This document shows, in pieces, positions 1-8,388 of a stretch of DNA of 64,000 nucleotides; positions within the stretch are counted from its first letter, which is position 1; each line of letters starts with the position of its first letter. The position numbers and the translations under genes were made by a program. The stretch is from assembly GCF_013149785.1 (NCBI RefSeq), contig NZ_JABEZU010000002.1, forward strand, positions 124,001 to 188,000, in the 5' to 3' direction. Source of the DNA: Isoptericola halotolerans. Lineage in GTDB: Bacteria > Actinomycetota > Actinomycetes > Actinomycetales > Cellulomonadaceae. The notes below the pieces were generated by a model, which worked only from the letters and a program-made list of their open reading frames with translations, was not told where the DNA came from and did no database searches.

Positions 1-195
1 ACCGACGACCTCTGGGAGGACCGTTCGACCTGGGACGTGATGTTCGGCGACCAGCTCCTCATGTACGCGGCGATGCTGGGGCCCGCCGACGCCGAGGCGG
101 CGCTCGAGGTGGCGCGCGACCTGCCGGACGAGCGGATCGACGACGGTTCGACGCGATCCTGGCTGCTGGCCTGGTTGCGGGCGCACGCGGGGTAG
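1..195 (+). CDS. 3' end of a gene running in from the left edge; possibly glycoside hydrolase family 81 (beta-1,3-glucanase-like) C-terminus
   Basis: Frame 1 open from base 1 to TAG 193-195: ...FGDQLLMYAAMLG...LPDERIDDGSTRSWLLAWLRAHAG*. The ending resembles actinobacterial GH81 C-termini (from recall). Confidence 0.5.
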   Translation, partial: TDDLWEDRSTWDVMFGDQLLMYAAMLGPADAEAALEVARDLPDERIDDGSTRSWLLAWLRAHAG

Positions 196-269
196 ACCGG
201 CGTCGTCCGCGCTGCGCGCCGTAGGGTGTCCGACGGAGTTCACGGGACCTTCACGGACGGAGCGCGCGG

Positions 270-1586
270 ATGCAGTGGGGCTGGACGAAGCACGGCGACG
301 GCCGGTCGATCGCGCCGGGCGAGGCGGTGGCGCCGGGGGAGCGGCTGACCTGGCCGCGCACCGTCGGTATCGGGGTGCAGCACGTCGTGGCGATGTTCGG
401 CGCCACGTTCCTCGTGCCGCTGATCACCGGCTTCCCGCCGTCGACGACGCTGTTCTTCTCGGCGGTCGGGACCATCGGGTTCCTGCTCATCACGGGCAAC
501 CGGCTACCGAGCTATCTCGGGTCCAGCTTCGCCTTCCTCGCGCCCATCGGCGCGGCGACGGCGTCCCAGGGACAGGCGGCGGCCGTCGGCGGGATCTTCG
601 TCACGGGGGTGCTGCTGATGGTCGTCGGCGCGGTCGTGCACCGCGCCGGGGCACGCTGGATCGACCTCGTGATGCCGCCCGTGGTGACCGGGGTGATCGT
701 CGCGCTCATCGGGCTCAACCTGGCGCCCGCGGCCTGGGACAACTTCTCGGCCGCTCCGGTGACGGCGCTGGTCACGCTCGTGGCGGTGCTGGTCGTCTCG
801 GTCCTCTTCCGCGGCATCCTGGGGCGGCTGTCGATCCTCGTCGGCGTGCTCGTCGGGTACGCCTTCGCGGTGTGGCGTGGCGAGGTCGACTTCACGGAGG
901 TCAAGGACGCCGGCTGGTGGGGTCTGCCGGAGTTCACGGCACCGAGCTTCGAGCTGAGCGTGCTCGGACTGTTCCTCCCGGTGGTGTTCGTCCTGGTCGC
1001 GGAGAACGTGGGGCACGTGAAGTCGGTCGCGGCGATGACCGGGCAGAACCTGGACGACCGCATGGGCCGGGCGCTGTTCGCGGACGGTGTCGCCACCACG
1101 CTCGCGGGGACCGGCGGCGGCTCCGGCACCACGACCTACGCCGAGAACATCGGCGTCATGGCCGCCACCCGGGTCTACTCCACCGCCGCGTACTGGGTCG
1201 CGGGCACGACGGCGCTGCTGCTGTCGTTCTCCCCGAAGTTCGGCGAGGTGATCAACACCGTGCCGGGCGGGGTGCTGGGCGGGGTGACGACCATCCTCTA
1301 CGGCATGATCGGCGTCCTCGGCTTCCGCATCTGGGTGCAGAACCGCGTCGACTTCGCCGACCCCGTCAACCTCGCGACGGCGGCGGTGCCGCTGGTGATC
1401 GGCATCGCGAACTACACGTGGTCGGCGGGCGGGGTGACGTTCGAGGGGATCGCGCTGGGCACCGCGGCGGCGCTGGTGATCTACCACGGCATGCGGGCGA
1501 TCGGGCGGTGGCGCGGGACCGTCGTGCCGACGACGACGCCCGCACCGTCGTCGGGCGCCGAGGAGCCGGACCGACCGCTGCCGTAG
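270..1586 (+). CDS. NCS2 family uracil/xanthine permease
   Basis: QHVVAMFGAT, YLGSSFAF and TTTYAENIGV NCS2 signatures; many TM helices. Confidence 0.93.
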   Translation: MQWGWTKHGDGRSIAPGEAVAPGERLTWPRTVGIGVQHVVAMFGATFLVPLITGFPPSTTLFFSAVGTIGFLLITGNRLPSYLGSSFAFLAPIGAATASQGQAAAVGGIFVTGVLLMVVGAVVHRAGARWIDLVMPPVVTGVIVALIGLNLAPAAWDNFSAAPVTALVTLVAVLVVSVLFRGILGRLSILVGVLVGYAFAVWRGEVDFTEVKDAGWWGLPEFTAPSFELSVLGLFLPVVFVLVAENVGHVKSVAAMTGQNLDDRMGRALFADGVATTLAGTGGGSGTTTYAENIGVMAATRVYSTAAYWVAGTTALLLSFSPKFGEVINTVPGGVLGGVTTILYGMIGVLGFRIWVQNRVDFADPVNLATAAVPLVIGIANYTWSAGGVTFEGIALGTAAALVIYHGMRAIGRWRGTVVPTTTPAPSSGAEEPDRPLP

Positions 1587-1631
1587 CAGGGGCCGGTCTC
1601 GGGACGACGAGCCCGGGCCTCTTGCCTCAGG

Positions 1632-2285
1632 TCAGGCGTCGGGCTCGCGGCCGATGCCGTACTCGCGCTCGATCGGTTCGAGGTCCTCGACCGGGACGCA
1701 GCCGGGCATGTTCTCCAGCGGCTGGTCGGCCGCGAGGGGCACCTCCGCGGTGTCCAGCGGCTCGGTCCAGCCGGTGCCGACGAGAAGATCGATGACCCTG
1801 CCCGCGCGGTCGTCCAGGACCAGGTCGATGTCCTCGTACTGCGCGGCCAGGGTGTACGCCTGGACGATCCCGGCGGCACCGTAGCGGATCTGCGAGTAGC
1901 CCTCGACGAGGTGGGGCCAGTCACCGGTAGCGCGGACGTCGAACCCGCGGTCGGCGAGCACCTCGGCGCTCGCGCCGGCGAGGGCGAACCGCGGGTCGGC
2001 GGCGTTGAAGATGCGCACCCGCACCTTGTCGTACGCCAGCGGGGTGGCGCCGTCCGGGGAGTCCTCCTGCTCGGGCAGGCAGGCAGGTGCCATGCTCTCC
2101 ACCGTCGTGCTCGGGGTGTAGATGGGCTCCGAGATCGGCGAGTCGATCGTCTCGGTGTAGATGGCGAGCGCACCGAGGCCGAGGATCACGAGGAAGGCGA
2201 TGATGAGCCCGAAGACGACGGCCTGACGCTCGTGCTTGCGTCGTCGGCGGGCGATCCGCGCCGGATCCTGGGCTGGTGATGTCAC
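1632..2285 (-). CDS. LytR C-terminal domain membrane protein (cell-envelope associated)
   Basis: Arg-rich N-terminus, one TM helix, then VRVRIFNA...LAGASAEVLADRGF...IDLLVG (LytR_C pattern). Confidence 0.8.
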   Translation of the reverse strand: MTSPAQDPARIARRRRKHERQAVVFGLIIAFLVILGLGALAIYTETIDSPISEPIYTPSTTVESMAPACLPEQEDSPDGATPLAYDKVRVRIFNAADPRFALAGASAEVLADRGFDVRATGDWPHLVEGYSQIRYGAAGIVQAYTLAAQYEDIDLVLDDRAGRVIDLLVGTGWTEPLDTAEVPLAADQPLENMPGCVPVEDLEPIEREYGIGREPDA

Positions 2286-2322
2286 GCGAAGAAACTACCT
2301 GAGAATCGTCGATGCCGAGCGT

Positions 2323-2619
2323 TCATCCGACGACGAGGACGCGGGCGTGCAGGATCGGGCGCTGCTGGAGGGCGGCACGGACGGCCCGGTGCAGCCCGTC
2401 CTCGAGGTACAGCGTGCCCCGGTACTCGACCACGTGAGCGAACAGGTCGCCGAAGAAGGTCGAGTCGTCGGCGAGCAGGGCGTCGAGGTCCAGCGTGCGC
2501 TTGGTGGTCACGAGCTCGTCCAGCCGGACCTGGCGGGGCGGCACGTCCGACCAGTCGTTGGTGCTCTCGCGCCCGTGGTCCGGGTAGGGACGACCATCGC
2601 CCACGGACTTGAAGATCAT
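2323..2619 (-). CDS. Conserved small actinobacterial protein (often auto-annotated VapB-family antitoxin; has a ParB/Srx-like DGxHR motif)
   Basis: MIFKSVGDGRPYPDHG...LYLEDGLHRAVRAAL; -10 TACGAT 7 nt before ATG 2619 (leaderless). Confidence 0.8.
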   Translation of the reverse strand: MIFKSVGDGRPYPDHGRESTNDWSDVPPRQVRLDELVTTKRTLDLDALLADDSTFFGDLFAHVVEYRGTLYLEDGLHRAVRAALQQRPILHARVLVVG

Positions 2620-2675
2620 GGCTGTCATCGTAGAGGTGGGCCTGTGCCCCGGGGTGCCACTCGGGCCAAGAGATC

Positions 2676-2702
2676 GTCACGATCGTGTCACGATCAGGTC
2701 GA
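2676..2702. promoter_or_regulatory. GTCAC-N6-GTCAC direct repeat, candidate OmpR-family (MtrA/GlnR-type) site
   Basis: GTCAC 2676, GTCAC 2687 and GTCGA 2698 at 11-bp period, upstream of the 2619/LytR_C genes. Confidence 0.45.
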
Positions 2703-2790
2703 CCTTCGTCGAGCGAACACATCGTCGTCACAGAGTTCGCGCAGGTGGCGGCAACCGGGGTGACCGGCATCACGCAAACCCGGGCAACGG

Positions 2791-4584
2791 TCATTCCTCG
2801 GTCGGGCCGAGACCCGGCCCGGCCACCAGCTGAGCGGTGCTGCGCCTCGTCCCGTGCAGCTCGAGCACCACGATCTCGTTGCCGGTGGCGCGTACCAGCG
2901 GTCCCGGGACGTAGAGGGTGCGCGTGGGCCCGGCGCTCCAGTAGCGGCCCAGGCAGAACCCGTTGAACCACACCACGCCCTTCGCCCAGCCGTCGAGCGC
3001 CAGGAAGTGGTCGGCGCCCTCGGCGCTCGCGAAGGTGCCGTGGACCAGCACCGGACCGGGAAGCGGCACGTCGGCTCCGGAGGGTGCCGCCGCCCGCAGT
3101 GCCGCCGTGACCTCCTCGCGCAGGGTCCCGCCGTCGTCGTCGAACCGCAGCGGGGTGACGTCCCACCCGGTGAGCTCGCGCCGGGCGGTCCGCGCCGGGC
3201 CGATCAGGCCCTTGGGCTCGCCGATGCGCGGGCCGTAGTTGACTCGACCGGCGTCCTCCACGAGCAGGGTGAGCTCGCCGGCGCGGGCCGGCAGTGCGAC
3301 GGCGGTGGTGTGCGTGGTGCGGTCGAGCAGGCCGACCGGTTCGCCGTCGAGGGCCACGAGCGCGCGGTCGCGAACCTCGTCGACCACCAGGACGGCGTCG
3401 TCGGCGGTGATGTGCGTGCGGTACCGCACGAAGCCGTCCCACGCGGCCACGTCGTCGTGCGTGGGGGCGTGCTCGAACCGCTGCGCCGTGCCGAGCAGGC
3501 CGACCACCTCGTCCAGCGGCACGTGTCGGTCCAGCGACACGGTGAGCTCCGGGGCGGGCGACGCCTCGGTCGGGAGCTCGTCGGGGACCGGCCGGTGCCG
3601 GGCGATCACGGTGCGCAGCGCGTGGAACTTCGCCGTCGGGGCGCCGTGCTCGGCGAGCGGCGCGTCGTAGTCGTACGACGTGGTCAGGGGCCGGTACGTG
3701 CCCTTGTCGTTGGCGCCGGAGGTGAACCCGAAGTTGGTGCCGCCGTGGAACATGTAGAGGTTGACCGACGCGCCCGCGGCGAGCAGGGCGTCGAGGTCGG
3801 CGGCGTTGGCCTCGGGGGCGGTGACATGGTGGTGCAGACCCCAGGAGTCGAACCAGCCGTCCCAGAACTCCGTGCACATCAGCGGGCCGGTGGGCTGGTG
3901 GCGGCGGAGGGTCGCCAGGCGCTCGGTGGTGCGTGAGCCGAAGTTCGCCGTCCGGTGCAGCTCGGGCAGCCCGCCGCGTGCGAGGTGCTCGTCGTTCGCC
4001 TGGTCGCTGGTGAACAGCGGCACGTCGATGCCGTGGTGACGCAGCATGGCGGTCAGCGTGCGCAGGTAGTGCTGTCGCTCGGCGAGCGGGTCGTCGCCGT
4101 ACGCCCCGTACTCGTTCTCGACCTGCACCATCAGCACCGGCCCGCCCGCCGTCACCTGTCGCGGTGCCACGATGCCCGCCACGGCCGCGTAGTAGTCCTC
4201 GATCGCCGCGAGGAACTGCGGCTCGGCACGTCGCACGCCCACGGTGGGATCGGTGAACAGCCAGGCCGGTAGCCCGCCGCCGGTCCACTCCGCGCAGATG
4301 TAGGGGCCGGGGCGGACGATGGTGTGCAGGCCCTCGGCGGCGGCCAGGTCGAGGAAGCGGCCGAGGTCGCGCGGCCCGTCGGTGCGGAACTCACCGCGTG
4401 CGGGCGCGTGGAAGTTCCACGCGACGTACGTCTCGATCGTGTTCAGTCCCATGAGGCGGGCCTTGCGGAGACGGTCGGCCCACTGGTCGGGGTGGACGCG
4501 GAAGTAGTGCAGCGCGCCACTGACGATCTGCAGCGGGCGGCCGTCGAGGAGGAAGTCTTCGTCACCGATGTCGAAGGAGGGCAT
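2791..4584 (-). CDS. Beta-galactosidase, glycoside hydrolase family 35
   Basis: SGALHYFRV, GLNTIETYVAWNFH, RPGPYICAEW, QVENEYG, EFWDGWFD, YMFHGGTNFG, SYDYDAP; start set at MPSFDIG (ATG 4584). Confidence 0.95.
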   Translation of the reverse strand: MPSFDIGDEDFLLDGRPLQIVSGALHYFRVHPDQWADRLRKARLMGLNTIETYVAWNFHAPARGEFRTDGPRDLGRFLDLAAAEGLHTIVRPGPYICAEWTGGGLPAWLFTDPTVGVRRAEPQFLAAIEDYYAAVAGIVAPRQVTAGGPVLMVQVENEYGAYGDDPLAERQHYLRTLTAMLRHHGIDVPLFTSDQANDEHLARGGLPELHRTANFGSRTTERLATLRRHQPTGPLMCTEFWDGWFDSWGLHHHVTAPEANAADLDALLAAGASVNLYMFHGGTNFGFTSGANDKGTYRPLTTSYDYDAPLAEHGAPTAKFHALRTVIARHRPVPDELPTEASPAPELTVSLDRHVPLDEVVGLLGTAQRFEHAPTHDDVAAWDGFVRYRTHITADDAVLVVDEVRDRALVALDGEPVGLLDRTTHTTAVALPARAGELTLLVEDAGRVNYGPRIGEPKGLIGPARTARRELTGWDVTPLRFDDDGGTLREEVTAALRAAAPSGADVPLPGPVLVHGTFASAEGADHFLALDGWAKGVVWFNGFCLGRYWSAGPTRTLYVPGPLVRATGNEIVVLELHGTRRSTAQLVAGPGLGPTEE

Positions 4585-4595
4585 GAACCGATTTA
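4584..4595. promoter_or_regulatory. Candidate LacI-family operator abutting the GH35 start codon
   Basis: TGAACCGATTTA, an imperfect palindrome with central CG; similar to 30628-30639. Confidence 0.5.
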
Positions 4596-4660
4596 AACAC
4601 GGTCGTCGGTGGTGCGGGTCCTCCCCGCGGAGGGCCGGCTCCGGGGACGTCAGGGACTGA

Positions 4661-4689
4661 TTGACCTGGTCAGGAGCGACCGCTACCCT
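4661..4689 (+). promoter_or_regulatory. Sigma-70/HrdB-type promoter for the 4830 lipoprotein gene
   Basis: TTGACC-17 nt-TACCCT. Confidence 0.65.
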
Positions 4690-4829
4690 GCTGACGTCAT
4701 CGGCCACGACGTCCTGGAGCGGACTTCTCGCGACCGGGTCGAACGATCGCTCGGCGAGGGTGCTGACGATCACTCCTCGGGGGCTGTCCGCATCGCCCGG
4801 CCGTGCCGGGAAACCTGGAGGCATCGAAC

Positions 4830-5384
4830 ATGGCAAGAGCACGTGGACGCGGCGTCGCGCTCGTCGCGCTGCTGATGGGTGCGGCGCTGACCGGCTGCAC
4901 GGGCGGTGAGCCCGAGCAGGGCGACCCCGGCGCTCCGGACGCGCGGCAGACCGAGGAGGCCGGCGGGTCCACGGCGGAGGGCGAGGCACCCGACGCGGGG
5001 GGCGAGGGCGACGAGGGTGCTGCGGACGACGAGGCCGAGGCGTCCCTGACGGTCGAGGCCGACGGGGACGGCCCGATCGGCCTGGCGACGCCGGACGCAC
5101 CCGACGGCGAGGCGCAGGAGCTCTCCGGGATGCTCATCACGGGCCCGGGGGGCTGCTTCGCGGTGGAGGACGGCGCGCCCCCGCAGCTGGTGGTCTTCGC
5201 CGAGGACGCGGAGTTCGTCCTGCGCGACGCCCGGCCGTCGGTGACCACGCCCGCGATCGGCACCGTCGCGGTGGGGGAGGACTTCGACTTCACCGCCGTG
5301 GAGGTCCCCCTGGGCGCCGTGGACGGCGTGCCTGACGAGTGTGTCGACGGGGCTCAGGAGACCGTGCTCGTCGTCGAGGAGTGA
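4830..5384 (+). CDS. Hypothetical acidic lipoprotein
   Basis: GGAGG RBS at 4817; signal peptide with LTGC lipobox; acidic linker then a small domain with two Cys. Confidence 0.8.
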   Translation: MARARGRGVALVALLMGAALTGCTGGEPEQGDPGAPDARQTEEAGGSTAEGEAPDAGGEGDEGAADDEAEASLTVEADGDGPIGLATPDAPDGEAQELSGMLITGPGGCFAVEDGAPPQLVVFAEDAEFVLRDARPSVTTPAIGTVAVGEDFDFTAVEVPLGAVDGVPDECVDGAQETVLVVEE

Positions 5385-5443
5385 CCGCGGCGCGGACCGG
5401 TCCGCTCGCGCGCACCGGCCCGTGCAGACCTGCGCAGACAAGA

Positions 5444-5481
5444 GAGCCCGCCTCCTGCACCACGGTGCGGGAGGCGGGCTC
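5444..5481. terminator. Hairpin terminator between the convergent lipoprotein gene and tRNA-Ser
   Basis: GAGCCCGCCTCCTGCAC / GTGCGGGAGGCGGGCTC 17-bp stem with one mismatch or wobble. Confidence 0.75.
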
Positions 5482-5485
5482 GCTG

Positions 5486-5570
5486 CGGAGGATGGGGGAT
5501 TCGAACCCCCGAGGGCGTGAACCCAACACGCTTTCCAAGCGTGCGCCATAGGCCGCTAGGCGAATCCTCC
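5486..5570 (-). tRNA. tRNA-Ser (anticodon GGA)
   Basis: Minus strand GGAGGATTCGCCTAGCGGCCTATGGCGCACGCTTGGAAAGCGTG...GGTTCGAATCCCCCATCCTCCG; long variable arm; CCA not encoded. Confidence 0.97.
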
Positions 5571-5718
5571 TCTGGTGCCACCTACGCACCACGGCGCAGG
5601 CAACTCCAGCAGGATAGCGGACGGACCGGCAGGTCTCCGAATCGGCTGTCTGTGAGGTGCGCGACGTCGTCGTCGGCCGGTTTCGGGACAGGCGTGGGTC
5701 TCGGTTAGGGTAGGGGCA

Positions 5719-5806
5719 GACCCCTCGTGCGGCATCACCTCGCCGAACTCCCCCAGGGCCGGAAGGCAGCAAGGGTAAGTGAGCTCTGGTGGGTGCGCGA
5801 GGGGTC
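5719..5806 (+). ncRNA. ffs: Signal recognition particle RNA (small type)
   Basis: Domain IV core CAGGGCCGGAAGGCAGCAAGGG; terminal stem GACCCCTCG / CGAGGGGTC; -10 TAGGGT at 5706; divergent from tRNA-Ser. Confidence 0.93.
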
Positions 5807-5921
5807 CTTTGCGTCTCGGTGACCAGCAGTTTCTCACGGAGCAAGACGATCCGCATCCGCATGGTGGGATTTCAGGGTCGTCGAGTTGGAGAAGTGGCCC
5901 TCGCGGTGTTCAGGTTGAGCC

Positions 5922-6023
5922 ATGCACCGCTTCGACGCCACCGCTCCCCGCACCGCGCGCACCCCGCTGCGCGGCCGGACGTGCCGTGCGGCGTGGCGGC
6001 GCACCCGAATGCGTGTGCGCTGA
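5922..6023 (+). CDS. Putative leader peptide (33 aa) upstream of metQ
   Basis: MHRFDATAPRTARTPLRGRTCRAAWRRTRMRVR*; -10-like CAGGTT 5 nt before ATG; not in the ORF track. Confidence 0.45.
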   Translation: MHRFDATAPRTARTPLRGRTCRAAWRRTRMRVR

Positions 6024-6163
6024 CAGCGCTCCCGCACCGTCGTCGGGCATGACGACACCCACCCTCCCTGCGCCCGCCGCGCGCTGATGGCCGCGGCCTG
6101 CCTGCCTCTCCCTGTTCTCCGCGACGGCGCCGCGCGCCGTCGCGTCCCTGGAAGGACTCCCTC

Positions 6164-7054
6164 ATGTCTGTGCGCTCCACCCTGCTCGCCGCCGGCGCCG
6201 CCGCCTCCGTCCTCGCTCTCGCCGCCTGCGCCAGCGGCGCCGAGACGCCTGTCGCCGAGGGCACCACCGAGGACCCGGTCCGCATCGGTGTCGTCTCCTC
6301 CGGCGAGGCCTACTGGGACACGTTCGCCGAGGCGGCCGCCGCCGACGGCATCACCGTCGAGATCGTCAACTTCTCCGACTACCAGCTCCCCAACCAGGGG
6401 CTCAGCGACGGCGACCTGGACCTCAACCAGTTCCAGCACCTGCAGTTCCTCGCGGGCTACAACGTGGCACGCGGCGACGACCTCACCCCGATCGGCGCCA
6501 CCGCCGTCTACCCGCTGGGCCTGTACTCCACGTCCCACGCGAGCGTCGAGGAGATCCCCGAGGGGGGCGAGGTCGCCATCCCGAACGACGACACCAACCA
6601 GGCTCGGGCCCTCCTGGTGCTGCAGGAGGCCGGCCTGATCGCGCTGCGCGACGGCGGCAACTCGTTCTCGACGCCGGCCGACGTGCTCGCCGACGAGTCG
6701 CGGGTGACCGTCACCCCGGTGGACGCCGCGCAGACGGCGCTCGCGCTGCAGGACGTCGACGCCTCGATCGTCAACAACGACTTCGTGGGCGACGCGGGCC
6801 TGACCGCGGAGGACGCGATCTACTCCGATGACCCGGACGCCTCTGCGGCCGAGCCGTACATCAACATCTGGGTGTCCCGCGCCGAGGACGCCGAGGACGT
6901 GACCCTCAACCGCCTCGTCGAGATCTTCCACACCGAGGAGATCGAGCAGGGCGTGATCGAGGCGTCCGGCGGGACCGGCGTCATCAAGGACAACGACGCG
7001 GCCGACCTCCAGGCGATCCTCGCCGAGATCCAGACCAACCTCGCCGACCAGTGA
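6164..7054 (+). CDS. metQ: Methionine ABC transporter substrate-binding lipoprotein (MetQ/NlpA)
   Basis: LAAC lipobox; FSDYQLPN, DLNQFQH, AIPNDDTNQARAL motifs. Confidence 0.93.
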   Translation: MSVRSTLLAAGAAASVLALAACASGAETPVAEGTTEDPVRIGVVSSGEAYWDTFAEAAAADGITVEIVNFSDYQLPNQGLSDGDLDLNQFQHLQFLAGYNVARGDDLTPIGATAVYPLGLYSTSHASVEEIPEGGEVAIPNDDTNQARALLVLQEAGLIALRDGGNSFSTPADVLADESRVTVTPVDAAQTALALQDVDASIVNNDFVGDAGLTAEDAIYSDDPDASAAEPYINIWVSRAEDAEDVTLNRLVEIFHTEEIEQGVIEASGGTGVIKDNDAADLQAILAEIQTNLADQ

Positions 7055-7061
7055 CCTCCGT

Positions 7062-7140
7062 CCCCGCGAAGTAGTACCGCAGGCGCTCGAGAAGTACCCG
7101 CGGGGTACTTCCTCGACGCCTGCGGTACTACTTCGCGGGG
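7062..7140. repeat. 79-bp intercistronic palindrome (REP-like)
   Basis: Perfect 24-bp arms CCCCGCGAAGTAGTACCGCAGGCG / CGCCTGCGGTACTACTTCGCGGGG plus inner stem AAGTACCC/GGGTACTT. Confidence 0.9.
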
Positions 7141-7161
7141 GTGGCGCGTGAAAGGACAGTC

Positions 7162-8388
7162 GTGAGCGAACCCATCATCAGCTTCCGCGACGCGGTCAAG
7201 GAGTTCCCCGCGCGGGGGCCCCGGCGGCGCCGGCATCGTCCGCAGCGCGCAGGCGCCGTCCGCGCCGTCGACGGCGTGACGCTCGACATCGCCGCCGGCG
7301 AGGTCTTCGGCGTCATCGGCTACTCGGGAGCGGGCAAGTCCACCCTGGTGCGGCTCGTCAACGCCCTGGAGACGACGACGGCGGGTTCCGTCGTCGTCGA
7401 CGGCACCGACCTGAGCGGGTTGAGCGAGGCGCGGCTGCGACCGGTGCGCGCCGGGATCGGCATGATCTTCCAGCAGTTCAACCTGCTCCGCTCCCGCACG
7501 GCCGCCGGGAACGTGGCCTACCCGCTGGAGGTCGCCGGCTGGTCCAAGGCGGACCGTGACGCACGGGTCGCCGAGCTGCTCGAGTTCGTCGGCATCGCGG
7601 ACAAGGCCGACTCCTACCCGTCGGCGCTGTCCGGCGGGCAGAAGCAGCGCGTCGGCATCGCCCGGGCACTCGCGACCAACCCCAGGATCCTGCTGGCCGA
7701 CGAGGCCACCAGTGCTCTCGACCCGGAGACGACGGCGGACGTCCTCGCCCTGCTGCAGCGCGTCAACCGCGAGCTCGGCATCACCGTGGTGGTCATCACC
7801 CACGAGATGGAGGTGGTCCGCTCGATCTGCCACCGTGTCGCGGTCATGGAGCGCGGCCGCGTCGTGGAGCTCGGGGACGCCTACCAGGTGTTCAGCGCAC
7901 CGCAGCAGGCCGTGACCCGCCGGTTCGTCGCCTCGGCCCTGCGCGACCGGCCCTCGCCCGCGGTGCTGAGGCGGCTGCGCGGTCGTCACCCGGGCCGCAT
8001 CGTCACCGTCCGCATCGACGAGGTCTCCGGATCGTCCGCGCAGGTCATGGAGGTCCTGGCGGACCGGGGCGTGCACGGCACCATCGTCTACGGCGGCATC
8101 ACCGAGGTGGCCGAGCGTCCCTACGGCTCGCTCACCCTCGAGCTCGTGGGGTCTGACACCGAGGTGTCCGCTGCCCTCGCCGGACTCCACGCCGTGACCG
8201 CCGTCGTCGACCACGGCACGGCGGCCGCGCCCCTCGAGGACCAGAGCGACGGACGTCGCGACACCACCGGCGTCGGGCACGACGGCGGGACGCCGAGCGC
8301 GTCCGGCGACCTCCGCGTGCGGCCGCACCGGCCGGGAGGCGGGCCGTTCGGCGGCCCGACCGGCCTCGTCGAAGGGAACGACCGATGA
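7162..8388 (+). CDS. metN: Methionine ABC transporter ATP-binding protein
   Basis: GYSGAGKS, LSGGQKQRV, DEATSALDPETT and a NIL-like C-terminal domain; AAAGGA RBS before GTG 7162. Confidence 0.93.
   Translation: MSEPIISFRDAVKEFPARGPRRRRHRPQRAGAVRAVDGVTLDIAAGEVFGVIGYSGAGKSTLVRLVNALETTTAGSVVVDGTDLSGLSEARLRPVRAGIGMIFQQFNLLRSRTAAGNVAYPLEVAGWSKADRDARVAELLEFVGIADKADSYPSALSGGQKQRVGIARALATNPRILLADEATSALDPETTADVLALLQRVNRELGITVVVITHEMEVVRSICHRVAVMERGRVVELGDAYQVFSAPQQAVTRRFVASALRDRPSPAVLRRLRGRHPGRIVTVRIDEVSGSSAQVMEVLADRGVHGTIVYGGITEVAERPYGSLTLELVGSDTEVSAALAGLHAVTAVVDHGTAAAPLEDQSDGRRDTTGVGHDGGTPSASGDLRVRPHRPGGGPFGGPTGLVEGNDR

Noticed and set aside
2323..2619. Type II toxin-antitoxin module
   Set aside because: No adjacent toxin gene, and the sequence lacks an obvious antitoxin DNA-binding fold.
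5811..6163. SAM-I or SAM-IV riboswitch upstream of metQ
   Set aside because: I could not find the conserved cores by eye; a leader ORF fits better. An Rfam scan would be decisive.
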